DNA from: Bacteroidales bacterium
GTDB taxonomy: Bacteria > Bacteroidota > Bacteroidia > Bacteroidales > UBA10428
DNA length: 64,000 nt
Direction: 5' to 3'
Assembly: GCA_965230395.1 (NCBI GenBank)
Contig: CBDDKV010000002.1
Coordinates: 2,625,321 to 2,689,320, forward strand
The notes below the pieces were generated by a model, which was not told where the DNA came from, made no database searches, and saw only the letters and a list, made by a program, of their open reading frames with translations. This document shows positions 55,573 through 64,000 of this stretch, one piece after another; within the stretch, counting starts at the first letter, position 1, and each line of letters opens with the position of its first letter. A program made the translations under genes and the position numbers.

Positions 55573-58116
55573 ATGAAAAAACATTTTTACATTTTCATTG
55601 TGTTTATTATTTCGTTATCACATGTTCCGAATTTCGTTTTCTGCCAAAAAACGGAGCCTGTTGATTTTGTAGATCCTTTTATTTGTACTAAGGGTGACCA
55701 TGGTCACTGGCACCCTTCAGCATTGGTGCCGTTTGGACTTGTTCATGTTGGTCCGGACACATATCCCGGAAGCTTAACCGGCGATGGCGATTTGGCTCAT
55801 TCAGGTTATGATTTTGACGATTCTTCTATTCGTGGTTTTAGCCACTTTCGTTTAGGTAGTTCAGGAGGGGCAAGTGTCAGCGACAGGTCCGGTAATTTTT
55901 CATTACTCCCGTATACCAGCACTCCCGGTGCGGCATGGGTTAAACATCCGGTTGTTTCAGTGGATAAATCGCGGGAAGACGCGTCTCCGGGATATTACAC
56001 AACATATTTGGACAAAGAAGGTGTTCAGGTAGAACTATCGGCAACAACCCGATGTGCAATACACAAATATCAATATGCGGCCAATAAAGATGCAAAGATA
56101 TTTTTATATGAGGGGCAGTCTGGCCTCGAAGGTAAGATAAGTTATAATATTAAAGACCCTTATACAATCGAAGGAAAAGGGATGCCATATTTTAAAATAG
56201 TATTCAATCAACCTATCCTGAATATTGAAAAATGGGATGGTAGCAATATGGTGTCATCTGCATTTAGCGCACAATTGATAGAAAATGGTTTTTCCTGCGA
56301 TTTTGGTGAAATTACAGAGCCGCTCATTGCTAAAATTAGTTTTTCATTGGTTAGTTTACTAGGGGCAAGAAGAAATTTTGATGCAGAGGTTTCACCTTGG
56401 AACTTTGAACAGATTAAATTACAAGCATCAGAACATTGGAATGAAACGCTTAATAATATTTCGATAAAAGGCAGCAGCGAAAGAGATAAAACCATTTTTT
56501 ATACCGCACTTTACCATACTTGTTTTCATCCAATGATCCAGTCAGATGTCGACGGAAGGTATTTTGGGATGGATAAACAAATACATTCTGCCGATGGTTA
56601 TGAACAAATTAACGGATATGCTTTTTGGGATACTTTTAGGAATAAATATCCATTATATAGCCTGTATCTTCCTGGTGCATACCGAAATGTTCTGTATTCA
56701 ATTAAAGATATCTACAATCAGGCTGTAGGTTACAGCCCCTTCCCGGCAAGCGACCACAGCCCTCATGGTTCATCCTACAGGGCACAGGGTAAAGACGGGC
56801 ACAGGTTTTATAATACGGTCCGCCATGAGCATATGTTAATGGTTGTTGTAGATGCTTATTTCAAAGGATTATTTCGCGAAGATCTGGATATCAATGATTT
56901 TTACGATTATTTAAAAAGTGAAACTTTATTGCAAATGCCAGCCAGTTACGATGAAATTGGTTATATACCCAAAAGAGCAGATCAGACAGGTGAATACAGC
57001 ATGGATAACTGGGCAGTTGCTAAGATTGCAAATGAACTGGGGCACACAGAGGATTATGAATATTTTAATAAAAGGGCCAATTATTGGAAAAATACCTGGG
57101 ATCCTTCGATTAAATATTTCCGTGCACGTGCAGAAAATGGATCCTGGCTTGATTTTCCCAATGACCCCACCATCAACCGTGAAAAATACACTTACGAAGG
57201 TTCTAAATGGCATTGGAGGTGGAATGCATTACATGACGTAACCAGCTTGATCTCATTATTTGGAGGCTTCGACGATTTTACCGGGCAACTGGAATATTTT
57301 TTTGATAACGACCTATATACTGCGGGGAACCAAATAGATCTACATGCCCCATATTTATTTAACTATGCGGGAGTTCCGTCGTTAACACAAAAATGGACAT
57401 ATAAAATTTTAAAAGAACCAATCACCCAGCTTTATGGGACACATGATTTCTTTGATAAACCAATTACAGATTATATATATAAAGATACTCCGGATGGATA
57501 TCTGTTAGAGATGGACGGTGATCTGGGCTGTATGGCATCCTGGTATGTACTTAGTGCTATGGGGCTTTATCAAGTATGCCCCGGGGAAACCGTTTATCAA
57601 ATTACTACTCCTATTTTTAGTGAGATTACATTAGATTTAGATACGGCTTTTTACGATGGTTCTAAATTTACCATTAAGGCTGAAAATTTAAGTGATGATA
57701 ATTTCTATATCCAGTCTGCCACACTAAATGGTGAGCCGATCGATCGTCAATGGTTGACTCACAATGAAATCACACAGGGTGGAGAACTGGTTTTGGTAAT
57801 GGGTAATAATCCTGGTCAGTTTGGAACAAGCGTTAAAAAGGTTACGAGTAATCAGTCGGCCCAATTGGCACAAAACTATCCAAATCCGTTTAGTTCCGGC
57901 ACGACCATTAACTATTCAATTCAAACACCGGGTTTTGTTGCTATTAAGGTCTATGACTCATTTGGAAAAGAAATAAAAACACTTTTTGAAGGAAAACAGG
58001 ATCCCGGAAACTATTCTGTTTTCTTAGACGGACAAGACATGAGCAATGGAGTTTATATATATACTTTAGAAACGAAGGGAGGGACTCAGTTTAACAAAAT
58101 GCTTCTGTTGAAATAA
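55573..58116 (+). CDS. GH92-family glycoside hydrolase with T9SS C-terminal sorting domain
   Basis: 'VDPFICTKGDHGHWHPSALVPFGLVHVGPDT', 'YEGSKWHWRWNALHD', 'GNQIDLHAPYLFNYAG' and 'MDGDLGCMASWYV'. The last ~80 aa ('NYPNPFSSGTTINYSI...VYDSFGKEIKTLF...GVYIYTLETKGGTQFNKMLLLK') fit the type-A T9SS C-terminal domain pattern. Confidence 0.85.
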   Translation: MKKHFYIFIVFIISLSHVPNFVFCQKTEPVDFVDPFICTKGDHGHWHPSALVPFGLVHVGPDTYPGSLTGDGDLAHSGYDFDDSSIRGFSHFRLGSSGGASVSDRSGNFSLLPYTSTPGAAWVKHPVVSVDKSREDASPGYYTTYLDKEGVQVELSATTRCAIHKYQYAANKDAKIFLYEGQSGLEGKISYNIKDPYTIEGKGMPYFKIVFNQPILNIEKWDGSNMVSSAFSAQLIENGFSCDFGEITEPLIAKISFSLVSLLGARRNFDAEVSPWNFEQIKLQASEHWNETLNNISIKGSSERDKTIFYTALYHTCFHPMIQSDVDGRYFGMDKQIHSADGYEQINGYAFWDTFRNKYPLYSLYLPGAYRNVLYSIKDIYNQAVGYSPFPASDHSPHGSSYRAQGKDGHRFYNTVRHEHMLMVVVDAYFKGLFREDLDINDFYDYLKSETLLQMPASYDEIGYIPKRADQTGEYSMDNWAVAKIANELGHTEDYEYFNKRANYWKNTWDPSIKYFRARAENGSWLDFPNDPTINREKYTYEGSKWHWRWNALHDVTSLISLFGGFDDFTGQLEYFFDNDLYTAGNQIDLHAPYLFNYAGVPSLTQKWTYKILKEPITQLYGTHDFFDKPITDYIYKDTPDGYLLEMDGDLGCMASWYVLSAMGLYQVCPGETVYQITTPIFSEITLDLDTAFYDGSKFTIKAENLSDDNFYIQSATLNGEPIDRQWLTHNEITQGGELVLVMGNNPGQFGTSVKKVTSNQSAQLAQNYPNPFSSGTTINYSIQTPGFVAIKVYDSFGKEIKTLFEGKQDPGNYSVFLDGQDMSNGVYIYTLETKGGTQFNKMLLLK

Positions 58117-58168
58117 CAATACAGCCTAAATCCAATCAATATTTATTGTTTAACTAAAAATAACTATT

Positions 58169-60112
58169 ATGAGAGGAATTAATTCTACACTATTCATTTT
58201 TGTATTCCTATTTACTTCGAGTATAGTATTTGGGCAAAAAACGACCAGTTTAGGTTTTCATTTTGAGGATGAAAACAGTCTTGTTGATTGCGGATTAATC
58301 ACTGAAGATCTGTCAAATTTTACTATCGAAACGTGGGTGTATATTTCTACTTATAGGGATAATTATTTTCTTGCCAGCGAAGGTAGTGAAAAAGTAGGTG
58401 AAAGAAGCGGCTTTGTATTAAGAACGTCAGAAGGTGACAATAAGAAGAAAGCACTGCTGAAATATGGAGGGAACAATTCCTGGCACAGCGTAGAGGGCTC
58501 TACTGAAATGGATACCATGACCTGGTACCATATTGCAGTCACTTACGATGGAACAACCTTAAAGCTTTATGTAGACGGTATTCTTGATGGATCATCAACT
58601 CCATCTGCATCGATGACCGCTGCCGGTGAAAACCTGATTATGGGTGAAGGTGCCCAATGGAGAAACCGCAGATTAGAAGGGAGATTGTCGGACGTTAGGA
58701 TATGGAGTGTTGTCAAAACCCGTCAGGAAATTGTTGATAACAAGGATAAATACCTTGAGAGTGCTCCTGCAGGCTTGGTTGCAAACTGGAAATTAGATGA
58801 AGGTACAGGTACTGATATTAGCGATTTAGTTGGAAATTATAACGCCAAAATTGGTTCAGGTGTAACCTGGGAGGTTGAAGAGGCCGGTCCAACATCGAAT
58901 AGCCTGGTATTTGATGCTTCAGATGAAAACAGTCTGGTAGACTGTGGTTTAATAACAGAAGACCTTTCCAATTTCACATTCGAAACGTGGGTGTATATTT
59001 CTACATACAGAGACAACTATTTTCTTGCCAGTGAAGGTAGCGAAAAAGCTGGTGAAAGAAGTGGCTTTGTATTGAGAACATCAGAAGGTGACAATAAAAA
59101 GAAAGTGTTGCTGAAATATGGAGGGAACAATTCCTGGCACAGCGTAGAGGGTACTACAGAAATGGACACCATGACCTGGTACCATGTTGCTGTTACTTAT
59201 GATGGAACAACATTAAAGCTATATATGGACGGTGTTCTTGATGGATCGTCTACTCCATCTGCATCGATGACCGCTGCTGCGGAAAACCTGATTATGGGTG
59301 AAGGGGCTCAATGGAGAAACCGCAGATTAGAAGGGAAATTATCAGATGTTAGAATATGGAGCGTTGCCAAAACACGTCAGGAAATCGTTGATAACAAAGA
59401 TAAATATCTGGAGAGTGCACCAACGGGATTGGTTGCAAACTGGAAATTGGATGAAGGTACAGGAACGGATATAAGCGATTTGGTTGGGAATTATAATACA
59501 ACAATTGGTTCTGGTGTTAGCTGGGATATGGGCGGTGAAATCCAGACTCCCAGCTATGCATCCGCAACTACCGATACAAAAGGAACGGTTGTTGAAGTAA
59601 CGTTTAGTAAGGATATGGCTGATCCATCATCTGAAGCGGCAAGCTTTACTGTTATGGTTGATGGTAGTAGTAATGCCGTTACAGGAGCAGCTCTTAAAAG
59701 CGGTGATGCCAAAACAATTGTATTGACATTAACAAACGCTGTTAGCCAGGGCCAAACCGTAACTGTTGCATACACTGAAGGTGCATTAGAATCTGCGGAT
59801 GGTAATAAATTAGCAAGCTTTGAGGCTACAGCTGTTACCAATAGAGTTAATTTAACTGCTCTGAATTCGCTTTCTTCAGATGCTGTTAAGGTATTTCCAA
59901 ACCCGTTTGAAGATTATGTATATGTTGAAACTATAAGTCAAATCGCTAACGTTTCTCTTATTACTTTAAATGGTCAGGAAATAGAAATAAATTATTCAAT
60001 TAATAATAATTCAGCTACTCTGAATACGAATGATGTTAAAGCTGGAATATATATTATAAAGGTAATAACTGCGGAACAGGAAATTGCCATACATAAAATT
60101 ATTAAGAATTAA
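58169..60112 (+). CDS. secreted protein with two tandem LamG/concanavalin-A-like lectin domains, an Ig-like domain and a T9SS C-terminal sorting domain
   Basis: Two 218-aa repeats carry LamG-type motifs ('FTIETWVY...', 'WYHIAVTYDGTTLKLYVDG', 'LSDVRIWS'). An Ig-like segment follows ('VEVTFSKDMADPSS...FTVMVDGSSNAVTGAAL...GQTVTVAYTEG'), then the T9SS tail 'VFPNPFEDYVYVE...GIYIIKVITAEQEIAIHKIIKN'. Confidence 0.8.
   Translation: MRGINSTLFIFVFLFTSSIVFGQKTTSLGFHFEDENSLVDCGLITEDLSNFTIETWVYISTYRDNYFLASEGSEKVGERSGFVLRTSEGDNKKKALLKYGGNNSWHSVEGSTEMDTMTWYHIAVTYDGTTLKLYVDGILDGSSTPSASMTAAGENLIMGEGAQWRNRRLEGRLSDVRIWSVVKTRQEIVDNKDKYLESAPAGLVANWKLDEGTGTDISDLVGNYNAKIGSGVTWEVEEAGPTSNSLVFDASDENSLVDCGLITEDLSNFTFETWVYISTYRDNYFLASEGSEKAGERSGFVLRTSEGDNKKKVLLKYGGNNSWHSVEGTTEMDTMTWYHVAVTYDGTTLKLYMDGVLDGSSTPSASMTAAAENLIMGEGAQWRNRRLEGKLSDVRIWSVAKTRQEIVDNKDKYLESAPTGLVANWKLDEGTGTDISDLVGNYNTTIGSGVSWDMGGEIQTPSYASATTDTKGTVVEVTFSKDMADPSSEAASFTVMVDGSSNAVTGAALKSGDAKTIVLTLTNAVSQGQTVTVAYTEGALESADGNKLASFEATAVTNRVNLTALNSLSSDAVKVFPNPFEDYVYVETISQIANVSLITLNGQEIEINYSINNNSATLNTNDVKAGIYIIKVITAEQEIAIHKIIKN
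58247..59554 (+). repeat. in-frame tandem duplication, 2 x 654 bp (LamG domain pair)
   Basis: The unit starting 'SLGFHFEDENSLVDCGLITEDLSNF' (58247) recurs as 'SLVFDASDENSLVDCGLITEDLSNF' (58901). The anchor gatgaaaacagtc is at 58268 and 58922. The amino-acid sequence is largely conserved, while many third-codon positions differ. Confidence 0.9.
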
Positions 60113-60120
60113 ATCCATTT

Positions 60121-60156
60121 GTGTCTGCATAAGAAATTATGCAGGCACATTTTTTA
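60121..60156 (+). terminator. Rho-independent terminator closing PUL-B
   Basis: 11-bp stem gtgtctgcata / tatgcaggcac (one G-U), loop agaaat, then a T-run at 60150-60155. Confidence 0.85.
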
Positions 60157-60638
60157 TCAATCACCATTAGCATCAAGTCAATTCTCAAGTTTCTGGTAAA
60201 CTGTTTTTGGTTTTGCTCATGCATTGCCTGTGGTGAATAACCAACTTAGTTGGTGTGTTCATATTATTTCCGGGGCCATACCAGTTTTTAACTTCGTCTT
60301 TTACCATTTCTATATTATCAATTCTTTTGCAAAGACGGCGGTTGCCTTTGTTTCTTCTGGCTAAAATGTTTTATGTAAAGCTGAAGCCGGGAGTGTATGT
60401 AGCTTGTCCGTTACCAGCTTAATCTTTATTGTTTTTCTGTAGATATTTTTAATCGTTTTTATCGTTGTTTTTTGGTTTTTCTGTAGTATTTTCCATATAC
60501 TTTAAAAAAAAATCCATGTTATGCATCAGCCAGGCATATATTTTTGAAAGGCTGAAAAACAAAGTATAATGAAGCGCTTGTTTATAAACCCGGGTGTTTG
60601 AACGATAAAGTTCAGATAAATGGGTGTAAACAGATTTC

Positions 60639-60795
60639 GAGACATCGACAGAGTTCTTGAACACAATTGAAATAAAATGCATAATGAGGAAAATTCAACA
60701 CGTAGTCCCGAATGTCGGGATGAGGGTTTGGATTTTGAGCAACGACACAGCAGTTGGACTTTATAGACAAACACTAATTATACAATAAAAAATAA
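60639..60795 (-). repeat. right copy of the diverged inverted repeat (partner at 24345-24497)
   Basis: The reverse complement aligns with 24345-24497 (see the left copy). It contains the hairpin tcccgaatgtcggga and the start of a 77-aa minus-strand ORF (60449-60682). Confidence 0.75.
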
Positions 60796-60889
60796 ACAAT
60801 TGATAAAGAGAAGTATAACCTCGAAGATTAAGGGGCTATTAAAGTAATAAGGATTAGTGTTTAGTACGTGTAAGAAAACCAGAATTATC

Positions 60890-61981
60890 ATGAAGTACCG
60901 TCAACAATTATTGAAACTAATTTTAGGGATATTATTTATTTCAGCCATATCATGTAAGGAAAAACAACCTGAAATTAAATTAAATGATATTCAGGTTATT
61001 GGTAGTCATAATAGTTATAAGATTGCAATTGAAGAACCACTTTGGAAGCATCTTTATTCAATCGATTCAAATAAAGCTTTATCATTGCAATACGATCATA
61101 TATCCATAGAAGAACAACTCAAACTTGGCCTTCGTAACCTAGAGCTGGATGTATTTCATGATCCTCAGGGAGGGCATTTTTTGAACCCAAAAGGCTTAGA
61201 GATTGTTAAAGAAATGGGAGAACAACCTTTGCCCTTTGATGAAGAACAAAAACTAAAAGAACCAGGTCTGAAAATGTTTCACATTCAGGATATTGATTTT
61301 AGAAGCCATTACCTGTTATTCAGAGATTGCCTCAAAGTGATGAAAAAATGGTCGGACGGGAACCCTAAACATACACCTGTTTTTGTTCTCATGAATACAA
61401 AGGATAAACACGTTGAAGGTACAGTAGAACCATTGGCTTTTACTAAAGCAGCCTTTGACAGCCTCGACATGGAAATCAAAAGTGTGTTTAAAGAAGAGCA
61501 ACTGCTAACACCTGATTGGGTAAGAGGGGGGCATAAAACCCTGGAAGAAGCAATCTTGTCGGAAGGTTGGCCGACTTTGGAAGAATCAAAAGGACGTTTC
61601 GTATTCATTCTGGATGAAAAAGGAGAAAAAATCAAACGTTATATAGAAGGACATGCCTCATTAAAAGGTCGTGTGCTCTTTGTAAATAGCCCGGAGGGTA
61701 AGCCTGAAGCGGCTTTTAGGGTTATTAACAGACCATTAAGAGATTTTAAATACATCAAAGAACTGGTAGATAAAGGTTATATGGTGAGAACCAGGGCTGA
61801 TGCGGGAACAAAGGAGTCGCGAATAAATGATTATGAGAGGTTTAAGGCGGCTGGGGAGTCGGGGGCGCAGGTTATTTCAACCGATTATTATGTGCCGACA
61901 AGTCTTTATGAATCAACATTTAAAATTGTTTTTGAGAATAACAAGTACGAACGTATAAAGGCAAAAGGTATGATTGAATGA
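60890..61981 (+). CDS. PI-PLC X-domain-like (Ca2+-dependent phosphoinositide phospholipase C-like) lipoprotein
   Basis: 'IQVIGSHNSYKIAIEEPL' and 'NLELDVFHDPQGGHF' resemble the bacterial PI-PLC-C1 family. The track start GTG 60857 is probably wrong, because ATG 60890 gives 'MKYRQQLLKLILGILFISAISC' with a lipobox. Confidence 0.65.
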   Translation: MKYRQQLLKLILGILFISAISCKEKQPEIKLNDIQVIGSHNSYKIAIEEPLWKHLYSIDSNKALSLQYDHISIEEQLKLGLRNLELDVFHDPQGGHFLNPKGLEIVKEMGEQPLPFDEEQKLKEPGLKMFHIQDIDFRSHYLLFRDCLKVMKKWSDGNPKHTPVFVLMNTKDKHVEGTVEPLAFTKAAFDSLDMEIKSVFKEEQLLTPDWVRGGHKTLEEAILSEGWPTLEESKGRFVFILDEKGEKIKRYIEGHASLKGRVLFVNSPEGKPEAAFRVINRPLRDFKYIKELVDKGYMVRTRADAGTKESRINDYERFKAAGESGAQVISTDYYVPTSLYESTFKIVFENNKYERIKAKGMIE

Positions 61982-62060
61982 TAAGATATACTTTCCAGAG
62001 TGCGCTTCAGTGTCATTTAGATAAAATTCACAAGACAACTATATATAAAAGAATAGAATA

Positions 62061-64000
62061 ATGCAAAAAAACAACCCTTTAAGAAAAAGCATATTGTTTA
62101 TATTGTTTGCAGGGCTGTCACTGGCAGTAAATGCTGGTGATATCACCATGAAAATTGCAAATAAGAAATCGGTGGCGGACATTATAGTTGATGAAAACGA
62201 TGCCAAAGTTGTTCAGATTGCGGCAAATATGTTAGCAACGGACCTCTATAATGTTTCCGGTAAAAAGCCTGTAGTGAAAAGTCGGTTGGATGTGCGTTCA
62301 AAAACGGGTATCATTGCCGGAACAATTGGACAAAGTAGTTGGATTGATGGATTGATAGCATCAAAGAAAATAGATGTTTCACAGATAAAAGGTAAATGGG
62401 AAAGTTATTCGGTTTTTGTAGTGAACAATCCGGTAAATAACTTAAAACAAGCATTGGTTATTGCGGGTAGTGACCGCAGGGCAACCGCTTATGGTTTACT
62501 TGATATTTCGCGGATGATCGGTGTTTCACCCTGGGAATGGTGGGCAGATGTAACTCCGGAAAAGAAAGAAGAAATCGAATTATCCATAGAAAATAAATCA
62601 TATGGTTCCCCTTCTGTAAAGTATCGCGGAATATTCCTGAACGATGAGGACTGGGGATTGCAACGTTGGGCTGCTCTTAACTTTGAACCGGAAACAGGCG
62701 ATATAGGACCCAAAACGTATGCAAAGGTATTTGAACTTATATTACGTTTGCGGGCGAACACCATATGGCCGGCAATGCATTCCTGCACAAAACCTTTCTA
62801 TTTCTACCCAAAAAACAAACAAGTAGCCGATGATTACGCTATTGTTGTAGGAACGTCACACTGCGAACCCATGCTTTGTAATATTAATGCAGAATGGGAT
62901 AGCAAATCAATGGGCGAATGGCGTTACGACAATAATGCACCAACCATTAAAGATCTCTTTAAAAAGAGGACAAATGAAAGTTCAAGCTTCGAAAGTATTT
63001 ATACGATGGGAATGCGGGGAGAGCATGACTCACCGATGATTGTCGGGGAAGATGATACCGAATCGCAAGTAGAATTACTTGAGAAAGTAATAACAGATCA
63101 AAGGGAAATCCTGAAAGAAAAAACAGGTAAGGATATTCAGCAGGTACCACAGGTTTTTATCCCTTACAAAGAGGTGCTTACCTATTACCAGAAGGGGTTG
63201 GAGCTTCCAGGTGATATTAGTTTGGTATGGACAGATGACAACTATGGATATATTCGCCAGTTGAGCACCCCCGAAGAGCAAAAACGCCCTGGAGGGGCAG
63301 GTATTTATTATCACACTTCTTACTGGGGGCGCCCTCACGATTACCTTTGGTTGAATTCAACCCATCCGGTATTAATGTGGGAGGAAATGAATAAAGCATA
63401 CCAGTACCAGTCACGTAATTTATGGATTTTAAACTGTGGCGATATAAAACCACACGAGTACAACATAGAACTGTTCCTGGATATGGCCTGGGATATGAGT
63501 GGCTTTGATGAAAGCAAAAGCATAAGAAAACATATGCAGCGTTGGGCAACAAGAGAGTTTGGAAAAGGTGTGGCAGCAGAAATAACAGAATTGTGCTACG
63601 AATATTATCGCCTGGCATTCATTCGCCGCCCTGAGTTTATGGCCTGGAGCCAGGTAGAACCTGTCACAAAAGCAAAGGAAACGGAGTTTTCTCATATCCA
63701 TTACGGAGACGAGGTCACTTCCAGAATTAACAAATATCAGCAATTGGTCCAAAAAGTTGAAGAGCTTTACGACAGGGTAAGCCCAACCAGAAAGGATGCT
63801 TTCTACGAATTGGTTTATTATCCGGTAATTGGTGCTTCAATGATAAATCAGAAGTGGTTATATCAATATAAAAATAAGTTTACCGCAAAGCAGGGCAGAC
63901 AAAGTGCAACCTATTACGGAGAAAAATCGCTTGAAGCATTTGAACGCATACAGAAAGAAACAAATTATTTTAATAAACAGCTACAAAACGGAAAGTGGAA
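62061..64000 (+). CDS. GH115-family alpha-glucuronidase-like protein, N-terminal ~646 aa (3' end outside the window)
   Basis: Absent from the ORF track because it has no stop within the window. My own translation from ATG 62061 gives MQKNNPLRKSILFILFAGLSLAVNA... It contains 'ALVIAGSDRRATAYGLLDISRMIGVSPWEWWADV', 'SPSVKYRGIFLNDEDWGLQRWA' and 'LRLRANTIWPAMH', all typical GH115 motifs. The frame stays open to nt 64000. Confidence 0.8.
   Translation, partial: MQKNNPLRKSILFILFAGLSLAVNAGDITMKIANKKSVADIIVDENDAKVVQIAANMLATDLYNVSGKKPVVKSRLDVRSKTGIIAGTIGQSSWIDGLIASKKIDVSQIKGKWESYSVFVVNNPVNNLKQALVIAGSDRRATAYGLLDISRMIGVSPWEWWADVTPEKKEEIELSIENKSYGSPSVKYRGIFLNDEDWGLQRWAALNFEPETGDIGPKTYAKVFELILRLRANTIWPAMHSCTKPFYFYPKNKQVADDYAIVVGTSHCEPMLCNINAEWDSKSMGEWRYDNNAPTIKDLFKKRTNESSSFESIYTMGMRGEHDSPMIVGEDDTESQVELLEKVITDQREILKEKTGKDIQQVPQVFIPYKEVLTYYQKGLELPGDISLVWTDDNYGYIRQLSTPEEQKRPGGAGIYYHTSYWGRPHDYLWLNSTHPVLMWEEMNKAYQYQSRNLWILNCGDIKPHEYNIELFLDMAWDMSGFDESKSIRKHMQRWATREFGKGVAAEITELCYEYYRLAFIRRPEFMAWSQVEPVTKAKETEFSHIHYGDEVTSRINKYQQLVQKVEELYDRVSPTRKDAFYELVYYPVIGASMINQKWLYQYKNKFTAKQGRQSATYYGEKSLEAFERIQKETNYFNKQLQNGKW

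Noticed and set aside
58247-59554. A regularly spaced repeat, considered as a CRISPR-like or satellite array.
   Set aside because: There are only two units of 654 bp. They are in-frame within a CDS and encode a recognisable LamG domain, so this is not a CRISPR array. No short repeat-spacer structure was seen anywhere in the window.
1-64000. A search for mobile-element genes (transposase, integrase, recombinase), phage genes, toxin-antitoxin pairs or defence systems.
   Set aside because: No ORF on either strand showed DDE/HUH/tyrosine- or serine-recombinase motifs or defence-system hallmarks. The only mobility hints are the inverted repeat pair and the decayed frames at 60.2-60.7 kb.

Overview
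AT-rich chromosomal segment with the hallmarks of a Bacteroidota genome: SusC/SusD pairs, T9SS C-terminal sorting domains, lipoprotein-type glycoside hydrolases, TAnnTTTG -7 promoter boxes and no obvious Shine-Dalgarno sites. The left third (1-24 kb) holds housekeeping and signalling genes. These are a 5'-truncated ORF, anmK, a C69 dipeptidase, rplS, an AsmA-family protein, a three-gene PAS/histidine-kinase cluster with degenerate modules, and tRNA-Arg(ACG). They are followed by a cobalamin riboswitch ahead of a siderophore-type TonB-dependent receptor plus PepSY membrane protein, a 0.9-kb ORF-free gap, and a six-gene minus-strand operon (three small membrane proteins, a DUF2867-like protein, a LytS-type kinase, a LytTR regulator). 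The right two thirds (24.6-60.1 kb) hold two adjacent, partly paralogous polysaccharide-utilization loci. PUL-A is a divergent GH92, then SusC, SusD, GH92, GH28, GH28, GH92+binding module, GH28+binding module, GH125. PUL-B is SusC, SusD, GH92, GH28+binding module, GH92+T9SS tail, and a tandem-LamG protein+T9SS tail. A divergently transcribed membrane-anchored winged-helix (ToxR/CadC-like) regulator separates them; no HTCS, SusR or ECF/anti-sigma pair is present. The most notable points are the GH92+GH28+GH125 enzyme mix, a 1.2-kb near-identical tract shared by two otherwise diverged GH28 paralogs, a C-terminal module shared between GH92 and GH28 enzymes, and a diverged inverted repeat of at least 110 nt bracketing the whole 36-kb glycan region. 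The window ends with a PI-PLC-like lipoprotein and the 5' part of a GH115 gene that is missing from the ORF track because it runs off the edge. I saw no transposase, integrase, CRISPR array or rRNA. All family calls rest on motif recognition by eye, with no searches run.
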